Source of the DNA: Xylographa opegraphella | Lineage: Eukaryota | Direction of reading: 5' to 3' | Assembly (NCBI GenBank): GCA_022813865.1 | Contig: JALDZX010000016.1 | Span: 419,315-439,314, forward strand | DNA: 20,000 nt | Shown here: piece after piece, positions 11,758 to 20,000 of the stretch | Numbering within the stretch: position 1 is the stretch's first letter | Layout: every line of letters begins with the position of its first letter | Made by a program: the position numbers and the translations under genes | The notes under the pieces: generated by a model | Databases searched by the model: none | The model's input: the letters and a program-made list of their open reading frames with translations, nothing else | Told to the model about the DNA's origin: nothing

Positions 11758-11856
11758 GATGCCGATAATGCTGTTGATACTGGTAATGCCGATGCTGCCG
11801 AGGATGCCGATTCTGCTGAGGATGCCGATGCTGGTGCTAATGACGACTCTGCTGTT
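11758..11856. repeat. Degenerate 9/18-nt tandem repeat (GATGCCGAT-based)
   Basis: gatgccgat aatgctgtt gatactggt aatgccgat gctgccgag gatgccgat tctgctgag gatgccgat gctggtgct aatgacgac tctgctgtt. It reads SLAPASASSAESASSAASALPVSTALSAS on the minus strand. Confidence 0.75.
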
Positions 11857-12302
11857 TGTTGCTGTTGATACCGACAATGGCAATGGTGGTAGGAGTTTCT
11901 GCGATGGTGCATACGAGCCTACTGCGGCAATCACGGTTTCGAGGCGAAATGTGATGACAAGCTGGGCGGGTGACTGACGCTGACCTTGGCAACCTATTCT
12001 GGAGTTTGCATCGATGGCAGCGGTGGTAGTGAGCTGATTGACGATAAATTTCGGACCATCCGCGAACCATCCGCGAACTGTGCCAGAGATGTGATCCTGG
12101 GCATCGGCGCCGGTTGAAACTATCTGCTTCCAGCCCAACTGATCATGAAAAGCTAGTTTGATCTGATCAAGCCAGACAGAGTAATTGTTGTCCACCAGGT
12201 GTTTTTGACACACCTCTGAGCAAACAGATCAGCACAAGTCAAAGTTCATCATCAAAATACCCAACTGACAGCCCGAAGATACCCAACAGACACCTAATAC
12301 AC

Positions 12303-12700
12303 TCAAGCCAAGATTGGGAGATGGCGACCAGCAAACTTCTTCAACTTCTTCAGGCAATGCTTTATGGCTGCTTTATGGGCTAGCTTCTTCTGATGCCTCT
12401 CCTGAGCCTCGATACGATCGGCGGTCCGGCACTCCTGCAGCTCTGCTAGGTATGCTTCATAGGTAACGATGCCGTGGGTGGCGAGGACATCTTCGGCCTG
12501 CGAGAAGTTATTAGCAGTGGAAGAGGTGAGTATAGGTGTGGCACAGATATGCTTACTAAGGGACAGGTGTTTGAATAGCGGCGGAACTCTTCTTCATCGT
12601 CGGATGTACGGCTCCAGTTTGCGGAAGCGGAGCCGATCGACTCGAGTGAGCTGAGAGAGGGAGTGATGGCGGCCATGGTGGCACGGGTGTAGGTGTCCAT
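12303..12700 (-). CDS. Small hypothetical (orphan) protein, 112 aa, two exons
   Basis: Exon 1 12700-12557 (MDTYTRATMAAITPSLSSLESIGSASANWSRTSDDEEEFRRYSNTCPL). Intron 12556-12498 (GTAAGC...GCTAAT...CAG, 59 nt). Exon 2 12497-12303 (AEDVLATHGIVTYEAYLAELQECRTADRIEAQERHQKKLAHKAAIKHCLKKLKKFAGRHLPILA*). A TATATA motif at about 12911-12916 and a CT-rich leader lie upstream. No family recognised. Confidence 0.62.
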
Positions 12701-13510
12701 AGTAATGGTTAGGTCGAAGGTACGAGGAGCGAGCAGAGTAAGAAAGTATTTGAGGCAGGACGAGGTGAGGTAATGGGTGCTGGTGATAGGAAAGAGTAAT
12801 GAGTGGTCCGAGGTCGCGAGGATTGATAGTACTTCTACTGGTGATGGATGACAGTACTGGTCTTGGGATCGATGAAAAAGAGGAACCAGATTGAGAGGCC
12901 GCACGCATCATATATACTTCTGTCAGGGGTAGAATTCGTAGAAACTCGAAGATGTGGGTCTGAACTCAAATAAATGATCTATTGCATTCCATGCTGCTAA
13001 CTTTGCAAGTCTTGCTTCTGCCTCTACTCCATGCATCATACCGGGCCATATCAACAACCCCAGTCTGTTGAAATTTTCTGGGGACTGCTCGTGTGTGGCT
13101 GAAGCTGTTCAGGGAACTGCTGCTTTGATCTTCATTGAGCTCCAGCGAATGGGATTGAGTCTGTCTAGAAGCATACAAGCGTAGAAAATCTTGACTTGCT
13201 TCAGATTCAGATTGATCCTGGAATGCTGCGAAGCAGAACATGTATAGCTACATGTAATGATTGTTTCTTCTGAACAACTTGGGGTTGACTGAGGTTCGTC
13301 GAGTCTCGAAACTTAACGACTGTTCGGGCTTAGTCTGGTCGAGCAGCCTACTCCAAAAATAGAAGAACTCTGGTACCTTGTTGTAACTTGTAAGGGATAG
13401 CGTTCTTACGAGCAAGGACCCCTGAGTTGAGTTCCAGAATCTTACATGCACGTGTCCAGCAATATTCCAAAAGGATGAGTTCCGAACCTTGAGAGGTTGT
13501 GGGATCAGTA

Positions 13511-14722
13511 TCAAGCGATCTTGCGTCCGACATTGCCAACTCCTCTACCCACTACACTCACGATAACATCACCATCCGAGTCTGCATCTGCATCTCTCAC
13601 TCCCCATCCGCTTGCGCCGAAAGCTCGAAGATCTCTGGCAAGTCCAACAATTTCTTCCGTGCCAAGCACCGCCCGACCCATTTGTAGCCGACCAACATCC
13701 TCAGATCCCATTGCCATAAGAGTTAAGACAGTTGGTGCTGCAGCAAGCGACACAGTCCCACCATTGGACACCGTCTCGAGTAGCTGGTATGCACATTGTG
13801 TTCCAATATCTTCTGGTGTCTCGCCACCCTCAGGAGGGGAAGCTAGATCAGCCGAATAAAGAGAACCGGTGGATGATTCTGCGACAAGAGATAGTCCAAA
13901 GCCAATCCCTATTTTTCTCTTCGCATTCGGATTTGACTTGTCAAATACCGGAATTAACGGCGCCGAGGAGACGTCGGAGAATATATAAGTATCAGCAGTC
14001 ATTGGATTAAGTATGCCTCTGGCTGCTTCAATCATTCGTGCATTATTCGAAGCCGACACGCCAGTGCAATAGGCAACTCCACGAATACTTTTGACTCGTC
14101 CCGGATTTAGTAAATGTATAGTTTTTGGTAATCGTACTTGATGCCCAAAGACAAGTTGGACTTCTCCACCGCCTCCACTCCCGCCAGGCCCAGGATTCGA
14201 TCTTTGAGAGATTCTGAGCTCGATATTGTTTGAGATCCCAAATTGCGCGTATAACGGTAATATAGCTGTTCGTACACTATCTGCGGACATGTCCCCGGTC
14301 TGCGTAGCCGAGGTTATGACCCCCGGCCCGGTAAAGAAAACATTGATGGGCGCTTTTGAAAAGGGTGCGAGTAGACATAGAGGGATCAGAAAATAGCTGA
14401 TACCCCTCGTACAACCTGCTGGAAGCTCATGTCTAATGACGCCTCCGCTTGAACCAGTACCAGGCGCGCTTCCCGTAATGAGGCCTGGACGATAAACAAC
14501 GATGGAGCCGGTATATGATATCTCAATGTTAGAACCATTGGTGACAGCTTCAAGCAGACGTAGAAATGATATCTCATGCGGGGCAAGTCCAGGATTTAGG
14601 GGCGACGTTGGTCGTATCTGAGAAATATGGACTGCTCGGCCGGTTAATGTTGAGAGTACAAGTCGATGGGCGAAAGACTTTTGAGTTGTGAAGCGCAGAG
14701 GCTTCCGGGATTCGTCAGCCAT
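13511..14722 (-). CDS. RCL1: RNA 3'-terminal phosphate cyclase-like protein (18S rRNA biogenesis), 403 aa, intronless
   Basis: RLVLSTLTGRAVHISQIR, PGLAPHEISFLRLLEAVTNGS, YFLIPLCLLAPFSKAP, GRVKSIRGVAY, GFGLSLVAES, PEDIGTQCAYQLL and the C-terminal GRGVGNVGRKIA match Rcl1. Confidence 0.96.
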   Translation of the reverse strand: MADESRKPLRFTTQKSFAHRLVLSTLTGRAVHISQIRPTSPLNPGLAPHEISFLRLLEAVTNGSNIEISYTGSIVVYRPGLITGSAPGTGSSGGVIRHELPAGCTRGISYFLIPLCLLAPFSKAPINVFFTGPGVITSATQTGDMSADSVRTAILPLYAQFGISNNIELRISQRSNPGPGGSGGGGEVQLVFGHQVRLPKTIHLLNPGRVKSIRGVAYCTGVSASNNARMIEAARGILNPMTADTYIFSDVSSAPLIPVFDKSNPNAKRKIGIGFGLSLVAESSTGSLYSADLASPPEGGETPEDIGTQCAYQLLETVSNGGTVSLAAAPTVLTLMAMGSEDVGRLQMGRAVLGTEEIVGLARDLRAFGASGWGVRDADADSDGDVIVSVVGRGVGNVGRKIA

Positions 14723-15012
14723 ACCAAATGCCTTTCAGGCTTTTAAGGGCGATCGGCTTGACATTGCATCTCGTTGCGACGGATTATTGCTACAGCTTGA
14801 AAAAGTAGTTAAACTTCCCATCCAAATTTCTGATGCGCGGACTTTACGGACTTAGCCAAGGAAATTCGTTCGCGCTTACGAGCTGCAGCCGAGGAAGTAA
14901 TCGTCATTCGCATTTGTAAGAACCGCATTTAACGATGTCTTTCTACAGCGGCATTCTGAGGTATGGCAGTCGCAACGTCTTCCGAACTATCCCACGAAGT
15001 AGAAACGCCAGT

Positions 15013-15652
15013 ATGTTATCCAGTCCCCTGAATATGCCCAAGTGGTAAGTTATCACAATAGTTATGCATTGATGCTCATCCCTCTAACCTCTTGACAGGC
15101 TGGAGGAGAACTCGCATCTACTCAAGCCCCCGATCAACAACTATTGCGTCTATAACAAGGATGTCACCGTCATGGTATGAGTCTCCGTTATGAAGCGCCA
15201 CGTAGTTTACTTTCGCTGAATTCACTAATCAGATTGTTGGCGGCCCAAATGCCCGCACAGACTATCACATCAATACCACAGCCGAATGGTTTTACCAGTA
15301 CAAGGGCTCTATGCTCCTGAAAGTTGTTGACGAGGGAAAACATCGAGACATACCCATTCGTGAAGGCGAGATGTTCCTCCTGCCTCCCGACACCCCTCAT
15401 AACCCCATCCGATTTGCGGATACAGTCGGCATCGTGCTGGAACAGCCAAGGCCGGAGAATAGTGTGGATACACTGAGGTGGTACTGCCAGAACTGTGGAA
15501 ATATAGTGCATGAAGCAAGGTTCCACTGTACAGACCTGGGATCGCAGATCAAGGACGCTGTGAACACGTTCAGAGACGATCATGAAAGGCGAAAGTGTAA
15601 AAACTGTGGAGACCTGGCAGACATGGTACCGAGAAATGTTGTGCAGCCGTAA
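15013..15652 (+). CDS. BNA1: 3-hydroxyanthranilate 3,4-dioxygenase (kynurenine pathway, de novo NAD+), 175 aa
   Basis: Exons 15013-15044, 15099-15174 and 15233-15652 (introns GTAAGT...CTAAC...CAG and GTATGA...CTAAT-CAG). The spliced protein reads [29 protein letters not shown]...[27 protein letters not shown]...MFLLPPDTPHNPIRFADTVGIVLEQ...WYCQNC...CKNC, with cupin Fe ligands and two CxxC pairs. Confidence 0.97.
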
Positions 15653-15777
15653 TAGAACAAGCAGTTTAACTGAATGGGCGACCGCTTCACACCTTATGGA
15701 CCATCGAGAGTGGCAAGTAGATTCGAGGACTTGCTTTGCGTCGCAACGACTGTAGTATTTTGAAAGAATTATAAATC

Positions 15778-18530
15778 TTACTTTCCGCCATCTTCGCCAC
15801 CTCGGTGACCCCCAAATCTGCCCCCGAAACCACCCAAATCTCGTTTGAAGAACTTGCCAATATTCCTTAAGTTCTGATTCACATTTCCGCCAGGTGTGCT
15901 GCCTGAATCACCATTTTGTACAACAGTCCCAGGCGGAGGGCTTACGGAACGAGAGCCAGCTGCAGAACTCCCGCCTAAAGCAGGACTTCCGAAACGATCG
16001 ACACCATCCCGGGCAGCCGTTAAAATTGCTGAGCCAAATATAGAGGGATCAAAACGGCCCTGTAAATTGTGCAGTTGAGCTGAGGCGAGGTTACCTGTTG
16101 TAGTTGTAGTGCCAGTATTGACAACAAGTGACGTCAAAAATGCTGAATACTGCGGTAAAGATTCGTTTCGTGGTCCAGATTTATGAGCAATGAAAAGCTC
16201 CATTAGCTGACCTTGATCCTGCTTACGGATACCCTTTAGATCAAGTACTTTCCGGAAATTGACGTCAGACTTGTCGGCGATATGAATGAGATAGGCTTGA
16301 ACAAGGGCTTCTGGAGGCGATGGGCGCACCTGTAGCGTCTTGAGGAGTGGAGAGAGCCGATTCATTTTTTCTTGCACACGTTTGACAAAGCCAACTGGAG
16401 CAGTGGTCCCTTGAGGCGCGGACAATGTCAGGAGTTCCTCAAATCCTTTGGTAAGCACATATGAGTCAAGTAGCATCTGTGGAATAGTCCGAATGATCAG
16501 TAACATTCATGGCAAAATATAGCTGTAACTCACCTGTTCGGCGCCGACTTCTGAAATAGGACGACACTGGATAATATTGGCGGCATATGTACTTGCTAAA
16601 AGCTCGACTAGGTTGTCGCAGAACGCTCTAGCGTATTGCTGCTTGTGTAGCATTGCGAGAATTACCCTGGAACGAGCATTGACGCGCTGTAGTAATTCTG
16701 CAACATATGGACTCTGGTCATTCACCCCCTGCAATCTGCTCCAGCCAGTGTTGCGCATTTCTCGCCATGCAGGCTCCAGTTCAGCTTCTACCATACGAAC
16801 CAAGCCACGAATCGCGGCACTTGCAACACCCATGAAGGCGTCTTCCTGGCTTTGAAGATCGACACTGGCTTTCAGAGAATCCTCCACCCGTCCTCTGATT
16901 CGTTCTTCAAGCTGGGTACATGTATTGAAACAATAGTCGGCAGTATTCAGCACGATGATCGTATCTTCAGTGCTTGGAAACCTGGAGGGTGTTTGCCCAC
17001 TAGGCCTTTCACTGATATGATACAGAAGTACTTGCTGCGCATAGTTATCTAGGTATTTCGCAAAGACTTTTGACAGCTCCACTAGGGGCGCTCCGGTCGA
17101 GAGCTTGGAGCATTGAGCGAAGGTCAGACGATAGAAACTATAAAGCTCCGTTGAAGAAGACATAACCATCTGTGGTGAGAAATCTTCATCAGGTGGTTTA
17201 AGAGGTTGCTGACGATACCTCGGCAACGTTACTGAGAGTTGCCTTTGTAACTTAGCACATAAGTGACGACTCAAGGTGACATTGAAACTTACTTCTCTTG
17301 TGCTTCGACCCAAACGCTCAGGTATGGCTCAAATGCTTCTGAAATAGCATGTGCGAAAGGAGGTACCTTCTCATCGTTGGAAGTGAATGTGTCAATTGAC
17401 ATACGCGACTGACGGAATATTAGCTGAATTGTCGAGCTTGAAAGATTCGAAACATACTGAGTTCGTAAGCTTTCGTTCCAGGCTGTGCTCAAAGTCTAGA
17501 GTCTCCTGCAAACACGAGAGCAGCATGTTTACATTAAGGCTTTGTCCATCAGCCCGACGAATAGACTTCGCTAGGATAGCTCTAAAATCGTCTCTTGTGC
17601 CTTCGCAGAATGTATTCGCCAACATCTCATCCACTCGCCACGACGGAGGAAATATCGCCGCATGTTGATCGTCATATGTCTTCAGCATTCGTTTGAACCA
17701 AGAGTATCTTCGCGAGATGTTGTCGAGTGACCCTGCCTCGTCATTTCCCCGAAATACTTGACGATATTCCCGAAGTTGTGTATTGCAGTACCAAGTGATC
17801 AATCTTGCCCTAGCATTGTCTCCCAACGCGTCCATCACCAAGCATGCATCAGCCAGCATAACTCTACGCTGCGCCACCTCGCCCTTCGCAAAGGTAACCT
17901 CAAAATCCTCGCATACTTGCTCGAGTAGCTCTCGCTGCACGTCCGATACATTCCTACTGAGCGTAGCGATCTGGTCGATTGAGCGGTATGATTTGAAGTG
18001 GCCCATCAGCTGAATCACTGCTTGTAACAACTGCGCACATTCTCTGTACTGGCGAGAGCTGCTTAATCCCTGTAACTGCTCGTATGCAGTGGTCAGCATT
18101 TGAAGGCGCTTCAGAGCAGTCATCGACAGCGTCAAGTTTCTTTTTGTATTATCAAGCCGCTTGATGTCGGCCGTCATCTCAGTGATTGTCTGCTCTGTGT
18201 GTATAGCGCGCTCTCGGACGCTCTCGATTTTTTGAAAGAGCTCTGCAAGGTCTGCCTGGGCAGCTTGCATTCGCTGGACGCTTTCGCCATCTGCAATGAT
18301 CTGCTCCGCCACTCGCTGCGCGATCTCAGCGTCAAGCTCATATTGATGCTTCTGGAGGGTCCTGGAAGTCTTGGAGACGGAGGAGAGTGTGGAAGGATGA
18401 GAGAAGATCGCGTTGAGGTGTTCAATTGGATCGTAGTCAGCTGGAGCATGATCAGCTCTGAGTATATCTTATGCCATTCATTCTTTAAAGTACCAGAATC
18501 GAGAGATGATGTTGTACCCACCTCCGGCAT
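15778..18530 (-). CDS. VPS53: GARP complex subunit Vps53, about 847 aa, five exons
   Basis: Exons 18530-18494, 18440-17458, 17408-17293, 17242-16534 and 16476-15778 total 2544 nt with the frame preserved; all introns are GT-AG and 49-57 nt. Motifs: LDSADYDPIEHLNAIFSHPSTL, ITEMTADIKRLDNTKRNLTLSMTALKRLQML, AGSLDNISRRYSWFKR, ISEAFEPYLSVWVE, LNTADYC, ISEVGAEQMLLD. Confidence 0.96.
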
Positions 18531-19018
18531 GAAGTCAGCCACCTTGGAGTATTCGTAGACTCCTGTTCTGAGCAATAGACGGAGAGTAGTCGTGGAGATT
18601 GTCCAGATAAGACCGAATATTACAACTGAAGACAATGAACAAATATACGCTGACACGGCTAGAATCCAGAACGTAGCGCTTCAATCACATGCTGACTAAA
18701 ATGCACTACACAACGACGTCCAAAAAATCTCTCTCTGGAGGCCGCCAGACCAAGATGATTCTTGGAAATGTACCTTTTCGAATTCAAATTTGCAGCGCCA
18801 TGTTTTGAAGTGTGTTTGATTTCCTGTTATTTACTGACTGCATTCATGTTGGATTCTGCAATTCCAATTTTACTGAGTATATAACCCAGCAGTAGCATGC
18901 GTATAAACTTTCAAAATATGTTACGCCTCTATTCAAATATGTTGTAATCTCAAACTTATCAACGTTACTGGCAGAGCTTGCCTGCGCTTGATGATAGTAT
19001 CATTTAATATAGTACATG

Positions 19019-19215
19019 TGTTAGAAATAGAGTCCCGGCCTGCCTGCAGGATAGCGAGAGCTGCTAAGCGAGAGCTCGGGCCGCNNNNNNNNNNNNNNNN
19101 NTAGTGCGCGAGCATATAGTCTCGTAGTTGTTCATAGCTAATACAACACACTTGTTTACCCATATATTCTGCTAGAATGACCACTGCGCTTCAGTACCCA
19201 TCGTACCTTTCAACA
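19019..19215 (+). mobile_element. Putative 5' LTR of a Ty1/copia-superfamily (Ty5/copia-like) retroelement
   Basis: Begins TGTTAGAAA (19019) and ends TTTCAACA (19215), giving TG...CA termini with an imperfect TGTT/AACA inverted repeat. It is directly followed by a PBS and contains an assembly gap, as repeats often do. The left boundary is inferred and no second LTR is in the window. Confidence 0.65.
19085..19101. other. Assembly gap (17 N)
   Basis: Run of n characters; the true length is unknown. Confidence 0.99.
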
Positions 19216-19227
19216 GGTTATGAGCCC
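19216..19227 (+). promoter_or_regulatory. Primer binding site complementary to the anticodon arm of initiator tRNA-Met (half-tRNA priming)
   Basis: GGTTATGAGCCC is the reverse complement of GGGCUCAUAACC of eukaryotic tRNAi-Met. It starts at the base immediately after ...CAACA, the arrangement known for yeast Ty5 and Drosophila copia. Confidence 0.8.
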
Positions 19228-19458
19228 GGGTTAGCCACAGACTTGATTGTCACCAGACTTTACTGTCAACCGACCTAACCGTCAACCTCGATATTTGACC
19301 TCTTCGCTGAGCCAGTCAAATTCCTACCTTCATAGACCATCGAGTCGATCAGAGCATTCAAGTAGAATATAGCTACGAAAGCTACTATACGCAGATCTAA
19401 CGATCAACCTGTATAGGCACTGAAATAGCCTTATTCCAGATCTATCGCACGATTATCC

Positions 19459-20000
19459 ATGGAGTCCCATGCTTCCTCTGGAAGCCCTTTCAAAAGTTCA
19501 TCATCAACACAGAAGAATCAGCATCAATGCCGACGATGCAGCAAGTACTTTACATCAAAGAAGCTTCTGCTTGACCACGTACGCACCAGACCTCGCTGCA
19601 CCAGAGACAAAGCATTTATCAGTGAGCAACGAGCAAAAGCAGACAGTACAGCAACACGTCCCATTTCGCGTCGATTATTGCCAACCAAATCATCCAAGGC
19701 TTCAACACATACGACATCAATAACACCTGTGTTTACGCACCTTCAAAACACTACTTCGTCAACAGCCCAAAATGACAGCAATGATCACTCTTCCTCGTCG
19801 TCTTCCTACGAATCAGATTCAGACACCACCTCTTCCTCTTCCTCTGGAGTACCTATTAATACAGAGACATCGACATCAATTCAACAAGAGGAATCCTACG
19901 ATTCTGAAGTACATCAACCACAAGACGACACCAACGATGAACACGACAGCAGCAGAAACTTCTCACCCGACGTTAGCAGTAACAGCGATTCCTACGATTC
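19459..20000 (+). CDS. Partial ORF within the putative retroelement: C2H2-like (C2HC) zinc finger followed by a Ser/Thr/Asp-rich low-complexity region
   Basis: 180 codons without a stop from ATG 19459 to the window end: MESHASSGSPFKSSSSTQKNQHQCRRCSKYFTSKKLLLDHVRTRPRC...SSSSSSYESDSDTTSSSSS...EESYDSEVHQPQDDTNDEHDSSRNFSPDVSSNSDSYD. It is absent from the ORF track because it has no stop in the window. Confidence 0.75.
   Translation, partial: MESHASSGSPFKSSSSTQKNQHQCRRCSKYFTSKKLLLDHVRTRPRCTRDKAFISEQRAKADSTATRPISRRLLPTKSSKASTHTTSITPVFTHLQNTTSSTAQNDSNDHSSSSSSYESDSDTTSSSSSGVPINTETSTSIQQEESYDSEVHQPQDDTNDEHDSSRNFSPDVSSNSDSYD

Noticed and set aside
11758..11856. Periodic repeats considered as a CRISPR-like array
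   Set aside because: Short degenerate codon-scale tandem units without unique spacers, in a eukaryotic context.
12966..13514. Two same-frame minus-strand ORFs directly after the RCL1 stop
   Set aside because: They lie in the expected RCL1 3'UTR/intergenic region and show no motif or splice support.
14795..14840. TGAAAAAGT / AAATTTC motifs resembling the yeast RRPE element upstream of RCL1
   Set aside because: Only partial matches to the consensus; too weak to call.
19030..19125. GC-rich segment around the N gap with duplicated AGCGAGAGCT, considered as a tRNA or structured ncRNA
   Set aside because: No A/B boxes or cloverleaf visible; better explained as LTR-internal sequence, and the gap prevents assessment.
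19469..19723. 84-aa ORF from the ORF track
   Set aside because: Alternate frame of the longer zinc-finger ORF starting at 19459.

Overview
Genomic DNA from a filamentous ascomycete (Pezizomycotina; probably Eurotiomycetes, inferred from protein style), with short GT-AG introns carrying CTRAY branch sites. Gene order: a Zn(II)2Cys6 transcription factor (-, running off the left edge), a DHA2-type MFS efflux pump (-), an intronless FucP/GGP-family sugar permease (+), a CAP-Gly/coiled-coil/CCHC-knuckle CLIP-170/Bik1-like protein (-), a small spliced orphan gene (-) followed by a degenerate Ser/Ala-repeat ORF, RCL1 (-), BNA1/3-hydroxyanthranilate dioxygenase (+, divergent from RCL1), and VPS53 (-). 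The most notable feature is at the right end and is not in the ORF track. It is an apparent 5' LTR (TGTTAGAA...TTTCAACA, about 19019-19215, containing an N gap) abutting a half-tRNAi-Met primer binding site GGTTATGAGCCC of the Ty5/copia type. It is followed by an uninterrupted ORF (19459 to window end) encoding a C2HC zinc finger and a Ser/Asp-rich tract rather than a recognisable Gag start. All exon coordinates were read by hand; no database searches were run.
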